A stretch of DNA of 64,000 nucleotides from an uncultured Actinomycetota bacterium (GTDB lineage Bacteria; Actinomycetota; Actinomycetes; Propionibacteriales; Nocardioidaceae), in assembly GCA_963798045.1 (NCBI GenBank), contig CAWCSB010000022.1, positions 169,005 to 233,004 of the forward strand, given 5' to 3'. Under the pieces are notes generated by a model. That model saw only the letters and a program-made list of their open reading frames with translations, was not told the origin of the DNA and searched no databases. Position 1 is the stretch's first letter. Every line of letters begins with the position of its first letter. Below, one piece after another: positions 1 through 9,368 of the stretch. Both the position numbers and the translations under genes were made by a program.

Positions 1-357
1 GGCGGTCGCGAAGACGAGCACTGCCACGCACAGGGAGAAGCCGAGGACGGGCGCGATGGCCACGGTCATCGTCCGCCGGAGGTCGGCCGTACGCCCCGAG
101 GCGAGCTGTGCGGGCAGCCAGCGCACCAGTCCTGTGTCGGTCCCGAGGAGTGCGAAGCTCTGCAGGATCAGGAACGCCGATGTGGCAGCGAACAGCGTGC
201 CAGCCAGGTCGCGGCTGAACCCGTTGGTGACGATGACCACCAGGAGGACGCCGAAAACGGCGCTGAAGCCGCCCCCCAGGACGCTGGCCGTGCCTCGGCG
301 GGCCAGCCTCTCCAGCTGGCCGTGGTGCTCGCCGCCGTCGTGGGGGACCGCTGTCAT
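1..357 (-). CDS. Wzx-like polysaccharide flippase, N-terminal part (runs off window edge)
   Basis: ATG at 357 overlaps the TGA of the upstream gene (ATGA). Translation MTAVPHDGGEHHGQLERLARRGTASVLGGGFSAVFGVLLVVIVTNGFSRDLAGTLFAATSAFLILQSFALLGTDTGLVRWLP is typical of a Wzx/MATE-like N-terminus; polysaccharide cluster context. Confidence 0.75.
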   Translation of the reverse strand, partial: MTAVPHDGGEHHGQLERLARRGTASVLGGGFSAVFGVLLVVIVTNGFSRDLAGTLFAATSAFLILQSFALLGTDTGLVRWLPAQLASGRTADLRRTMTVAIAPVLGFSLCVAVLVFATA

Positions 358-1925
358 CGGGGAGCTCGAGCGCGTTCCTCGTGCGCGGTGGTGCGCAGCG
401 CCAAGGGGTCCGAGTCGTGGTCGCCGGCGGTGCGAGCCGGCCGGTGGCGGAAGCTGTGTGCACCGACCACGAGCGCCACGAGGGCCGCTCCGGTCCTGCT
501 CCGCAGCTTCACCACCGTCTCCACGGCCTTGGGTCGGGTGCGACCTTGCGTCACGACCACGATGCCCAGGTCGGATGCGCCGACGGCGGCCTCGCCCTCA
601 GGGGAGTCGATGCCCGCCGACTGGACGACGACGAGATGACCGGCGTCGATCAGCGGGGACAGCACGGAACGGAACCGGTCGGCGACGAGCAGCTCCCGAC
701 TCTGGGCGGTGAAGCCGCCGTCCGGGAGCACTGACAGAAGGGGCTCGACCGTGGGCTGGAGGAGCTCCAGGACGTTGAGCCGTTCGTACATCAGGAGCTG
801 TGCGAGCCCGTCTCGTTCCTCGATGCCCAGCCCACCGTCGGACGGGCTGAGGTCGGCGCGGACGAGCACCACGCTGTGGCCGGCCTTCGCGAACGAGTGG
901 GCGATCGCCAGTGGCGCACCGGCGTCGCCGGCACCGCTCCCGGTCGGAGCAACCGCGATGACGTCGGGCCTGGGCTCGAGGTCGAGGAGCGTGGCGCGCA
1001 CCCGTCGCACCGTCGTGTCCACCGCCTCGACCTGAGAACGGCGAAGGAGCTTGGCGAACAGCTTGCGAGCAGGGACCGACGCGAGCACGGGCAGCCCGCG
1101 GAGCTCGACGTCGTGCTCCGACCGGATCTTGCCGCGGAACCGCTCCAGCAGGACCGCCACGAAGCAGCCCAACGCCAGGCCTGCGACGGCGCCGCCCACG
1201 GGCATGATCATCGAGGTCAGCCCGCCGGCGCTCGACCCGGCCGAAGCCGGCGCGATCACGTCGCCGGTGGGTGTCTCGCTGTTGTCCAGAGCCGTCCGCT
1301 GGGCACGCAGGCTGACCAGCTCGTCGCGCAGCGCGTCGGCCAGCTGGGACTGGAACAGCCTCTTGGCGTCGGAGCCCTGCAGGGCGGACTTGGTAGCCGC
1401 CTTCAGATCGGTGACCACCGTCGCCGTGCGAGTCTCGACGCGGGCGATCCGCGCGGCGTTGAGCTCATCGAAGCGCTGGGCGCGGTTTGCGAGGTAGGTC
1501 TCCGCCACGGCCTGGGTGACCGCATGCGCCGTTGCCCGGTCGTTGGACGAGTAGGTGATCTGGAGGATCTGCGTGTTCGGTGGCACCAGCACCGAGAGTC
1601 CACGCTGAAGCTGGTTCGCCTTCCACTCGGGGTGCGCCGCGACCACCTGGTCGAGCACCTCCGACGAGCGCATGACCTGGGCCTCGGTCTCCAGGCTGGT
1701 CATCTCGTCCTGCCGCACCGACGACGGCGTGGGCACGAACGGGTTCCCTGCGCTCGGGTTCACGAGCACCCGGGCGGTGCTGGTGTACGTGGCGGGAGAG
1801 GACGTGGAGTAGAACCACCCGGCCAGGGCTCCAAGGACGAGGCAGATCACCACCCAGCCGAAGTGGTGCCGGACGGCATGGGCGGTCGAGGTGTGACCAG
1901 CGGGTGGTGCGGTGGGCTCAGACAT
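354..1925 (-). CDS. Wzz/Wzc-like polysaccharide co-polymerase with degenerate C-terminal BY-kinase-like domain
   Basis: N-terminal TM followed by YTSTARVLV (Wzz motif), coiled coil, second TM, then a CapB-like domain (xIAHSFAKAGHSVVLVRADL) that lacks the Walker A lysine. Confidence 0.8.
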   Translation of the reverse strand: MSEPTAPPAGHTSTAHAVRHHFGWVVICLVLGALAGWFYSTSSPATYTSTARVLVNPSAGNPFVPTPSSVRQDEMTSLETEAQVMRSSEVLDQVVAAHPEWKANQLQRGLSVLVPPNTQILQITYSSNDRATAHAVTQAVAETYLANRAQRFDELNAARIARVETRTATVVTDLKAATKSALQGSDAKRLFQSQLADALRDELVSLRAQRTALDNSETPTGDVIAPASAGSSAGGLTSMIMPVGGAVAGLALGCFVAVLLERFRGKIRSEHDVELRGLPVLASVPARKLFAKLLRRSQVEAVDTTVRRVRATLLDLEPRPDVIAVAPTGSGAGDAGAPLAIAHSFAKAGHSVVLVRADLSPSDGGLGIEERDGLAQLLMYERLNVLELLQPTVEPLLSVLPDGGFTAQSRELLVADRFRSVLSPLIDAGHLVVVQSAGIDSPEGEAAVGASDLGIVVVTQGRTRPKAVETVVKLRSRTGAALVALVVGAHSFRHRPARTAGDHDSDPLALRTTAHEERARAPR

Positions 1926-1952
1926 CGGGTTCCTCGGGACTGGTGGTGGGCT

Positions 1953-2765
1953 TCAGCCGGCAGGGCGCCGGATCGGGTTGACGAAAATCGTGGGGGAGTG
2001 GGCCGGGGCGTGCAGCAGCCCACGGTCTCGGGCGGCCCCGAGCAGGCAGGCCGCCAGCAGGCCGAGCATCGGCCCGGACACGACGGGGACCTCGGTGTTC
2101 GCGTAGTCAGCACGCTTCGGAGGGGCCGCCGGGACGATGACCTCGGCGGGCTGCTCGCGGGCCTTTTCGAGCTCATCGAGCGCGCTGCGCAGGCTGAGCA
2201 CATTGGTGTAGAGCTCGTCGGTCGCCAGGATGACGAGCCGACGGTTCTGCGTGCTGTTGAGCAGCTCCTCCTGCCCGGCGAGCATGATGCGCACCTGGTT
2301 GACCTGGCTGTCGCTCAGCGCGCCGAGCGCGTCCCGCCGGACGTCGATGAAGGCGGCGGCCGCGGCGTTGGCCGCGTCGGCGGCCCGGGTCCGGGAGCTG
2401 GAGGTCACCGTCACGTGGAGCACGTGGCTGTTGGCCGACGCGGTGACGGACACGCGCTGCTCGACGCCGACCGGGTCGATGTCGAGAGTGTCGGCGATCG
2501 CATTCGCCACCTGCGGGCTGTTCAGGAGCTGGGCATCCGTGTCGATGGTCACCTCGGGAGGCAGGAGCTCGTTCGGGGTGGTGACGTACTTGGGCACGGG
2601 GACCAGGGAGATGGACACGGTTGCGGAGTAGGTCGAGGCCTGGCGCATCGACCAGGCCATGCCGGCGAGGAGCCCCACGCCGATGAGGCACACGAACAGC
2701 ACCCGGTGCCGACGCAGGAATCGGATGTAGTCGGAGACCACGGGGAGCTCGGGCCTGTCGGTCAC
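1953..2765 (-). CDS. Wzz/CpsC-type chain-length determinant
   Basis: Two TMs flanking YSATVSISL and a coiled coil. GTG at 2765 overlaps the upstream stop (alternative ATG at 2774). Confidence 0.75.
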   Translation of the reverse strand: MTDRPELPVVSDYIRFLRRHRVLFVCLIGVGLLAGMAWSMRQASTYSATVSISLVPVPKYVTTPNELLPPEVTIDTDAQLLNSPQVANAIADTLDIDPVGVEQRVSVTASANSHVLHVTVTSSSRTRAADAANAAAAAFIDVRRDALGALSDSQVNQVRIMLAGQEELLNSTQNRRLVILATDELYTNVLSLRSALDELEKAREQPAEVIVPAAPPKRADYANTEVPVVSGPMLGLLAACLLGAARDRGLLHAPAHSPTIFVNPIRRPAG

Positions 2766-3631
2766 GTCGCCCATGCGGGCTCCCGTCCCAGCAGCTCGGC
2801 CAGGGCCTGGTCGTGGCTGCTGAAGTGCTCGCGCAGCCGGGTGCGCGTGTCCTCGAGCATCGGCGAGCTCGGGCGGCCGTTCCACCGGTCGAACCGGTCG
2901 GGCATGACGATCGGCAGACCCAGGAACTCCAGGAGGCCCGTGAACGTGGTCTCCGGATGCTCGAAGAACGACTCGCTGTCGACGGCGTGGATCTGCTCGG
3001 CCGGGAAGTACTCACCCAGCCGCCGCAGCTGCTCGGCGTACTGGCCGCGCCGAAGATACGCGTGGTGCCGGTGGCTGAAGCTCTGGTAGCCGGGGTCGGC
3101 GAGCATCCGTTCGGCCTGTCCCGCCAGCCGCTCGTCCTCGAGGTCGAGGGCGCGCTCGAACGACTCGGTCTCGAAGCCCCGCGCCAGCTCGTGCTTGTAC
3201 GCCGAGAACGCGCGCTCGACCGGGTCGCGCAGCATCGCCAGGATGCGCACGTCGGGCAGGTGGTGTGCCATCCGCTCCGGGGCGCAGGGGTGGAACATGT
3301 AGTAGCCGCTCGCCTCGAAGGTGATCGGCTCACCGGCGACGGACCGGTTCGCCCGCCGCACGTGCGAGGCGGTCGGGAAGTGGCCCTGGTACCACGCGAA
3401 GTCGCGGTGGTAGTTGACGTCGAAGTAGTTGACGCCCTTGTGGTAGTTCGCCGAGTGGATCAGCGGGTGCGACATCAGCGCGCGGTACAGCGACGTCGTG
3501 CCGGCCCGCTGCGCACCGACGAGGATGAACGACGGGAGCTGGCGCTTGGCGGGCGTGACCGAGCCGACCCGGATCGACATCCTCCTGCCCATCACCTTGA
3601 GACGGTGTGGAACGGCAGCACGTGTGGTCAT
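2762..3631 (-). CDS. PAPS-dependent sulfotransferase (HS3ST/NDST-like type)
   Basis: 5'-PSB loop LPSFILVGAQRAGTTSLY, FEASGYY, and 3'-PB motif LRDPVERAFSAY. Confidence 0.9.
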   Translation of the reverse strand: MTTRAAVPHRLKVMGRRMSIRVGSVTPAKRQLPSFILVGAQRAGTTSLYRALMSHPLIHSANYHKGVNYFDVNYHRDFAWYQGHFPTASHVRRANRSVAGEPITFEASGYYMFHPCAPERMAHHLPDVRILAMLRDPVERAFSAYKHELARGFETESFERALDLEDERLAGQAERMLADPGYQSFSHRHHAYLRRGQYAEQLRRLGEYFPAEQIHAVDSESFFEHPETTFTGLLEFLGLPIVMPDRFDRWNGRPSSPMLEDTRTRLREHFSSHDQALAELLGREPAWAT

Positions 3632-4872
3632 GGTCGTCCTTCCACGAGGACCAGTTGCGGCTGGTCAAGCAGCCGCTCGAGGAACCCCAGCACCCAGTCG
3701 GTGCGGCGTCGCAGCGGTGCTGTGTCGCTGCGCGTCAACGCATCGACGTACCGGGCCGCCATCTCCAGCAAGTAGAGGCGGAGGGTGAGGTCGTGCCGAT
3801 CGGATGGGACACCCAGCTCCCCGAGGAGCTCCGGCATCGAGGCCAGGAGCATCTGCTCTCGGCGGCTGGCGTCGCGCTTGCCAGGCCGCAGAGCCTGGAC
3901 GGCGAAGTGCAGTCCGTCGAAGCCGAGCGGCACCTCGGCGTCGAAGCGCTCCCAGTCCCAGAGCTGCAGGACACCGTCCTGGTCCAGCCCCATGTTCCAG
4001 TGGCCCCAGTCGCCGTGCCAGCCGCCCAGGTCGACGGGGTGCGCCGCCCAGGTCTGCTCCACCGTGTCGACGGCGGCGAGCAGCCGGTCTCCCATGGCCG
4101 CACCTGACAGCCGGTCCGCGTCGCCCCGCAGCCGCGCCCAGAATCCGCTGCCCACGAGCGGCGAGACGCTGGTCTCCCCGAGCCTGGCGACCTCGCGCAT
4201 CGCCGCGAGCCGGGCGGCCGGGGTGACCCGGAGCCGGGGGTCCGTGGTGAGCGCCGACATGACGAGCACTTCCAGCCCGGCCCACTGGCCGTGGTGCAAC
4301 AGGTCGGGAGCCCGGAACGAGCCGGGCGCCCGGCTGCCGAGCACCGCCAGGGACGCGGCCTCGCGTCGGACGAGGCCCGCGGTCAGGTCGTTGTGGCCGA
4401 TCTTGGCGTAGCCCAGCAGCCGTCCGTCGCGAGCGTGCACCTGCAGCACCGGCTTCTGGTTGGGTCGGCGGGTGCCCAGGAGCACGCCGACCCGGACGTC
4501 GGTGTCGAAGCAGTCCGCGAGGTGCCTCTCGATCGAGTCGGCTCCGGCGTCGCCGGCGGTCACCCGCAGCTTCGGCCAGCGGGTCAGGGCGAAGGCGCGG
4601 GTGCGAACCGAACGCTCGAGCAGGGTGCGGACCGGCACCCGGAGACCGGCGTTGCCGCGTCCGAGGCGATGCAGCATGTTCGCGGACGCCGGGACGTCGA
4701 CGGGCACCAGCAGCCGCGGGCGGCGCCGGCTCGGGAACAGGTAGGCGTCGCGGACGTGTGCTTCGTGGTGGCTGACGTCGCGAGTGACGTGGGGCGCTCC
4801 CCAGGGCTCCGGCCACAGCAGGCGCGCGACCTCGACGGCGTACGACGCCGAGGCGTCGGCCGTGGGCCTCAT
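3628..4872 (-). CDS. APH/choline-kinase-like phosphotransferase
   Basis: ATG at 4872 (ATGA overlap). Motifs GYAKIG, HGDWGHWN (catalytic loop) and LWDWE (metal-binding loop). The 913-aa ORF in the track is over-extended upstream. Confidence 0.7.
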   Translation of the reverse strand: MRPTADASASYAVEVARLLWPEPWGAPHVTRDVSHHEAHVRDAYLFPSRRRPRLLVPVDVPASANMLHRLGRGNAGLRVPVRTLLERSVRTRAFALTRWPKLRVTAGDAGADSIERHLADCFDTDVRVGVLLGTRRPNQKPVLQVHARDGRLLGYAKIGHNDLTAGLVRREAASLAVLGSRAPGSFRAPDLLHHGQWAGLEVLVMSALTTDPRLRVTPAARLAAMREVARLGETSVSPLVGSGFWARLRGDADRLSGAAMGDRLLAAVDTVEQTWAAHPVDLGGWHGDWGHWNMGLDQDGVLQLWDWERFDAEVPLGFDGLHFAVQALRPGKRDASRREQMLLASMPELLGELGVPSDRHDLTLRLYLLEMAARYVDALTRSDTAPLRRRTDWVLGFLERLLDQPQLVLVEGRP

Positions 4873-6245
4873 GCCGCCACCTCCTCGTCGGCCAGGTCGG
4901 CGCGGGCCATCAGCCCCACGGCGATCATCGTGGTGACGAGGGCTGAGCCGAGGGAGTCGTAGACGAAGAAGCAGAGCACCGACTCGAGCAGCACCGTGCA
5001 ACCCACCACGTTGATCGGGGACGGCCCTCGGGCCCGCCGCAGGAACTGGGAGGCGAAGAACGCCAGGCACAGGCCGGTCCCGACGAAGCCGGTGGTGAGC
5101 ACCAGCCGCCACATGAACCCCTGCGTGCCGAGCGGTGGCGCCGCGCACTGGTGGCAGTCCGCGGTCTCGCCGCCGGCCAGGGACGCGAACGTGCCCTGCA
5201 TGGTCCGAGTGGTGGCGTAGCCCATCAGAGGGGACCCGGCGGCAGTCACGCCGATGACGGTCTCCGCGGTGCCGGCGCGGCGTTCGTTGCTGTGCGGGGT
5301 CTCGATCCGCAGCACCACCGTGTCGTAGAGCGGCGAGGAGACGAAGACGATGCCGCCGACGACCGCGGCTGCGATGAGCATCTGGAGGGCGCGGGCCTTG
5401 CCGTTGACGGCCAGCCGGATGGCGGCGTAGATCCCAGCCACCGCCAGCGACATCCACAGTCCCCGGTTCAGCGAGAAGATGATCGGGAAGAACGCCCCGA
5501 TGAGCACGAACGGCGCCAGCTTGCGACGCCAGCCGGCGTCCTTCCCGAACCAGGACAGGATGAAGAACGGCAGGTAGAGCGCCAGGTTGTTGCCCCAGGC
5601 GTTCGAGTAGGGGAACGGCGCCGTCGGCCTGGGCTGCAGGTAACCCAGGAAGTCGCTGGACGACGACAGTGACGGGTGGACCAGGGCCCGGATGAAGTTG
5701 GTCGAGGCCACCTTCCCCGGCAGCAGCATCTCCACCGGCGACTCGAACTCGAGGGTGGGCACGGCGATGGCGAGCACCCCGAACGCGGCGGTGACCACGA
5801 ACATCCAGCCCAGCAGCCGGCTGATCCGCAGGGTCGACACCGACCGCGCCGTGTTGAAGACGTAGAGCATGGCGATCGTGATGATGAGGTACCACCCGGC
5901 CCGCACCCCGAAGTTCACCAATCGGCCGATTCCACCGCCGGGCGCCGTACCCGGGGCCTGGACGAAGATCATGAAGATCCCGACCGACATCCAGACGAGG
6001 AACAACAGCCAGAGGCTGAAGCCGCGGGGCACCCACAGGTTCCGCAGGTGCCGGTGCTGCTTGCGCAGGATCAGCGCCATCGCGGCGCCCATCACGAAGA
6101 AGATGATCTGGGCCAGCCCGAGGGCCCACCAGATCGGGAACCCGAGGTAGAGCAGGACCAGCGGCCACCCGGGCTTGAGGAAGCGTGGTGCCGGGGTCCG
6201 CGCAGCCGGGGGAGTGGCGAGAAGACTCTCGACAGCGATCGCCAT
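4869..6245 (-). CDS. Wzy-like polymerase / O-antigen ligase family membrane protein
   Basis: About 11-12 TM segments; RPTAPFPYSNAWG, SLNRG and SNERR loops; cluster context. Confidence 0.8.
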   Translation of the reverse strand: MAIAVESLLATPPAARTPAPRFLKPGWPLVLLYLGFPIWWALGLAQIIFFVMGAAMALILRKQHRHLRNLWVPRGFSLWLLFLVWMSVGIFMIFVQAPGTAPGGGIGRLVNFGVRAGWYLIITIAMLYVFNTARSVSTLRISRLLGWMFVVTAAFGVLAIAVPTLEFESPVEMLLPGKVASTNFIRALVHPSLSSSSDFLGYLQPRPTAPFPYSNAWGNNLALYLPFFILSWFGKDAGWRRKLAPFVLIGAFFPIIFSLNRGLWMSLAVAGIYAAIRLAVNGKARALQMLIAAAVVGGIVFVSSPLYDTVVLRIETPHSNERRAGTAETVIGVTAAGSPLMGYATTRTMQGTFASLAGGETADCHQCAAPPLGTQGFMWRLVLTTGFVGTGLCLAFFASQFLRRARGPSPINVVGCTVLLESVLCFFVYDSLGSALVTTMIAVGLMARADLADEEVAA

Positions 6246-7252
6246 CAGGCGGCCCCGTCGCGTTCTTCGCCGGCCCGTCTCCCGACGTAGCCGTAGCCCA
6301 CGAGCTGGGGCAACGTGACGGCGGTGACGACCCGGCGCGCGTTCGCCGGCATCGAGGAGCGCCAGGCATCGTCCAGCTCGAGCTCGATCCGGCCGGCGGT
6401 GAAGCGGGTCCGGCTCCCGGCCACGCCGTGGCTCGGGGTCAGGTGCACGCTGTGCTCACCGACGTGCGCCAGCGCTCCGGGTGCCGGTGCGAGGCCGAGA
6501 CCACGCAGTGCCCGCTCCAGCGTGGGTCGGGGCGCGGCGACCAGGTCCTCGTAGCGCACCCGGGTCGAGTACGGCGCCGCTGCCCGCAGGATCGCGCACT
6601 CGAGCTGGAGCGTGGCCCACAGCACGGCCAGCCGGTGCGGGGCGTAGGTGCCCATCACGGCGCCGTCCTGGGACTGCGGCTTGACCACACCGGTCTTGTT
6701 CCACGAGTTGGCCACTCCGCGGGAGTCGCGCACCAGGTTGACGACCCGGAGGTCGAGGCCCGGGATGCGGCGCAGTGCGAAGAGCTGCGCGGTCGACTTG
6801 CTGGCATCCACCACGACCTCGGCGCCGGCCACGTCGGAGATGGCCCGGTAGAGCCGGTGGTGGACGTCGAGGTACTCCTCGAGCTCGCGCCGGTATGCCG
6901 TGGACAGGGCGCCGGACATCAGCAGGGGCACGTGCCGCTGCCGGATGAGCCGCGGCTGCAGGTGTGACATCCGGCCGGCCACCGGCTCCCACCCACCGAA
7001 CGCCTCCGCACCCACGGAGCGCCAGAACGAGCACGCCGAGAAGGGCTCTCCGCAGCCGCACCGCTGGTCCTGGGCCGCCACCCGCGAGAAGATCGCGTTG
7101 ACCTCGCCGGCGTTGACCGAGCCGGGAACGGCGCCGAGCATGCGTTCGAGCAGGGTGCTGCCGGACCGGCCCACCCCCGCGATGTAGAGCACCTTCACGG
7201 GAGCCCCCCAGCACGTCGTTTCGCTCGAACGGCCGCCTTTCCTGGCGGCCAT
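6245..7252 (-). CDS. Sulfotransferase (carbohydrate 6-O-sulfotransferase-like / Sulfotransfer_3); start may be GTG at 7198
   Basis: VLYIAGVGRSGSTLL, CGCGEPFSAC, VVDASK, LVRDSR, RYEDLV. Confidence 0.88.
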   Translation of the reverse strand: MAARKGGRSSETTCWGAPVKVLYIAGVGRSGSTLLERMLGAVPGSVNAGEVNAIFSRVAAQDQRCGCGEPFSACSFWRSVGAEAFGGWEPVAGRMSHLQPRLIRQRHVPLLMSGALSTAYRRELEEYLDVHHRLYRAISDVAGAEVVVDASKSTAQLFALRRIPGLDLRVVNLVRDSRGVANSWNKTGVVKPQSQDGAVMGTYAPHRLAVLWATLQLECAILRAAAPYSTRVRYEDLVAAPRPTLERALRGLGLAPAPGALAHVGEHSVHLTPSHGVAGSRTRFTAGRIELELDDAWRSSMPANARRVVTAVTLPQLVGYGYVGRRAGEERDGAA

Positions 7253-7306
7253 GTTGCCGGGACGCTATAGCGTGTGATCGCCGCCGTGCGTCGGCGGCGG
7301 ACCCAT

Positions 7307-7319
7307 CCCCAAATAGGGG
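7307..7319. promoter_or_regulatory. Candidate operator CCCCAAATAGGGG in a divergent intergenic region
   Basis: The 12-mer CCCAAATAGGGG recurs exactly at 9255-9266 in the cluster's other divergent intergenic region. Confidence 0.45.
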
Positions 7320-7341
7320 TACGAACCGGCAGGGAGAACTG

Positions 7342-8157
7342 GTGCGGATAGTCCCTCGGTCCAACGGCCGGGATCGCGTTCTCCGCGCAGGTTTCGGTGC
7401 GGTCGTGGCGCTGGTCATGCTGGCGACCGTCGGATGCCAGGGCGACGACGACCCGGAGGGCAAGCCTGACCCCTCCCCAGGACCGGACCTGTCGAGCGCC
7501 AACCTGTGGCTCTCCTTCGAGGGTGACGACGTGGCTCCCAACGGGTCGCCGGTCTTCCCTGACGCCGCGGGCGGCTCGTCGGAGGGAAAGGTCGTGGCCG
7601 CCAGCGGTGGTGAGGTCGAGCTCGTGGCCGGGCCGGACAGCGACGGCGCCGTGGCGTTCCCGCCCAGGTGTGACGAGGACGCCGGCTGCCCGAGGGCGAT
7701 GGTGGAGGTCGCGCCCGCGCCCGCGCTCGATCCCGGCGACCGTGACTTCGAGTTCGGGGCGACCGTCTGGCTGGCGCCGGACCAGACCGCGAAGGGCTCC
7801 AACATCCTTCAGCAGGGCCGGTTCGGCACCGAGGGCGGCCAGTGGAAGCTCCAGGTCGACAACGACGAGGGACACCCGAGCTGCGTGGTGCGAGGGGACA
7901 GCTCTGGCGCGGAGCCGGTCGTCGTTCGCTCCAAGGTCACGATCTCTGACTCTGCCTGGCACCGGGTGGTCTGCAGGCGGGACGCGGACGGCGTGACCAT
8001 CGAGGTCGACGGCAAGCCCGAGCAGGAGGATGGTCAGACCGGTTCGGTGACCAACGAATGGCCGATCCGCATCGGCGCTCCGGGCGTGGGCGAAGGAGAC
8101 GACCAGTTCCACGGCCGTGTCGACGACGTCTACCTCCTGATCGCCCCCGAGTCCTGA
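7342..8157 (+). CDS. LamG/concanavalin A-like lectin-domain lipoprotein
   Basis: Lipobox TVGC after a hydrophobic helix; SDSAWHRVVCRR, IEVDGK and FHGRVDDV LamG-type motifs. Confidence 0.8.
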   Translation: MRIVPRSNGRDRVLRAGFGAVVALVMLATVGCQGDDDPEGKPDPSPGPDLSSANLWLSFEGDDVAPNGSPVFPDAAGGSSEGKVVAASGGEVELVAGPDSDGAVAFPPRCDEDAGCPRAMVEVAPAPALDPGDRDFEFGATVWLAPDQTAKGSNILQQGRFGTEGGQWKLQVDNDEGHPSCVVRGDSSGAEPVVVRSKVTISDSAWHRVVCRRDADGVTIEVDGKPEQEDGQTGSVTNEWPIRIGAPGVGEGDDQFHGRVDDVYLLIAPES

Positions 8158-8182
8158 CGCGGCACTGGGAGTCAGCAGGACA

Positions 8183-9199
8183 CTAGGCAGGACGAGCCAC
8201 CCAGTCCGAGGCGAGCATCTCGGCGAACGCCTCCGCGGTCTCGCCCTGGAGGGCCCACGTGCCGTCGGGTGAGTTCACGTGTGAGTTGAAGTAGGACATC
8301 GAGACGAACTCGTGATCCCTCGCGAAGTCCGCGGCGTCGCGGAGCCACTCGGCGGCCAGGCCGGGGTTGTCGGGATCCACCCGGCAGCCGTACTCACCGA
8401 CCGCCACGGACACGTTGTCGAACCAGTCCAGGACCTCGGTCGCCTTGCTCCCGAAGCTGCGCCACTTCTTGCCGTTCGTCGGTGACCAGGGGTTGTAGAT
8501 GTCGAGTCCGAGGACGGACGCGTCCGGGACGATCCAGCGCGCGGGATCGTGGCCGCCCTCGCGCAGCGGGTCGAACGTCCAGTGCTGCAGCACGGGGACG
8601 ATCGTCACCAAAGGAGCGACGTCGGCGGCCCGCTTGATCGCGTTGGTCTGCATGCCGACGTAGTCGGGAGGCGTCATGCCGGTCGGACCGGCGTCGTTCT
8701 CGGGCTCATGGTGGATGGTGAAGAAGACGGGCACCTCCTCCTCCCCGAGCTGTCCCAGGGTGTTGTCCAGCCAGTCGTCGTGCTTCCCCGAGGCGATCGA
8801 CTCCCACGTCCAGGTCGGCTTGATCGAGACATGCGAGAGCCGCCCGAACTTCTGGTCCTCGCGACACATGTGGATGAGCTGACCGGTCTCGTTGTGGTCG
8901 GGCGTGAAGTAGGACCGGTGCACGCCGAGCCGCGAGCCGAGCTGGGCTTCCCAGTCTTCGAGCGACTGCCGCCGCGGGAGCGAGGAGCCGTAGTAGATCT
9001 TGCCCGGTGGCGGGGCCCCGGGGAACCGAGCCGGAGCACCCGTGCCGGCCCCGGCCCCCGTGGTGGCCGCGTTGGTGGGCAACGAGGACGTGGTGCTCGT
9101 GGGGCCTGCTCCGTCGCCCGTGCTGCGGCAGGACGACGTGGCCGCGGAGATGGCGACGGCAGCACCGAGACCCAAGAGTCCACGCCGACCGATCTCCAT
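8183..9199 (-). CDS. GH26-like glycoside hydrolase, Tat-exported lipoprotein
   Basis: MEIGRRGLLG...SSC twin-arginine lipoprotein signal; WESIASGKHD, IHHEPEND (acid/base), GLDIYN, VGEYG (nucleophile). Confidence 0.75.
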   Translation of the reverse strand: MEIGRRGLLGLGAAVAISAATSSCRSTGDGAGPTSTTSSLPTNAATTGAGAGTGAPARFPGAPPPGKIYYGSSLPRRQSLEDWEAQLGSRLGVHRSYFTPDHNETGQLIHMCREDQKFGRLSHVSIKPTWTWESIASGKHDDWLDNTLGQLGEEEVPVFFTIHHEPENDAGPTGMTPPDYVGMQTNAIKRAADVAPLVTIVPVLQHWTFDPLREGGHDPARWIVPDASVLGLDIYNPWSPTNGKKWRSFGSKATEVLDWFDNVSVAVGEYGCRVDPDNPGLAAEWLRDAADFARDHEFVSMSYFNSHVNSPDGTWALQGETAEAFAEMLASDWVARPA

Positions 9200-9254
9200 G
9201 ACGCCGACCGTAGGTGTGGGTAGTGGTCGGCGCGTGCGCAGCGACGAGGCGTCA

Positions 9255-9266
9255 CCCAAATAGGGG
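9255..9266. promoter_or_regulatory. Second copy of candidate operator CCCAAATAGGGG
   Basis: Identical to 7308-7319; lies between the divergent GH26 and Alg14-like genes. Confidence 0.45.
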
Positions 9267-9368
9267 ACGGGCCGTGCTGGGACCCCGAAGGCCGGGCCAC
9301 CCCAATATCGAGGATTTCCGGGTCCGCGTCGGCTCGGGCCTCTGGTTCCTCGCCACGATCGCTCCATC

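Noticed and set aside
3628-6369. 913-aa kinase fusion ORF
   Set aside because: The first half is an off-frame read of the Wzy gene; the real start is ATG 4872.
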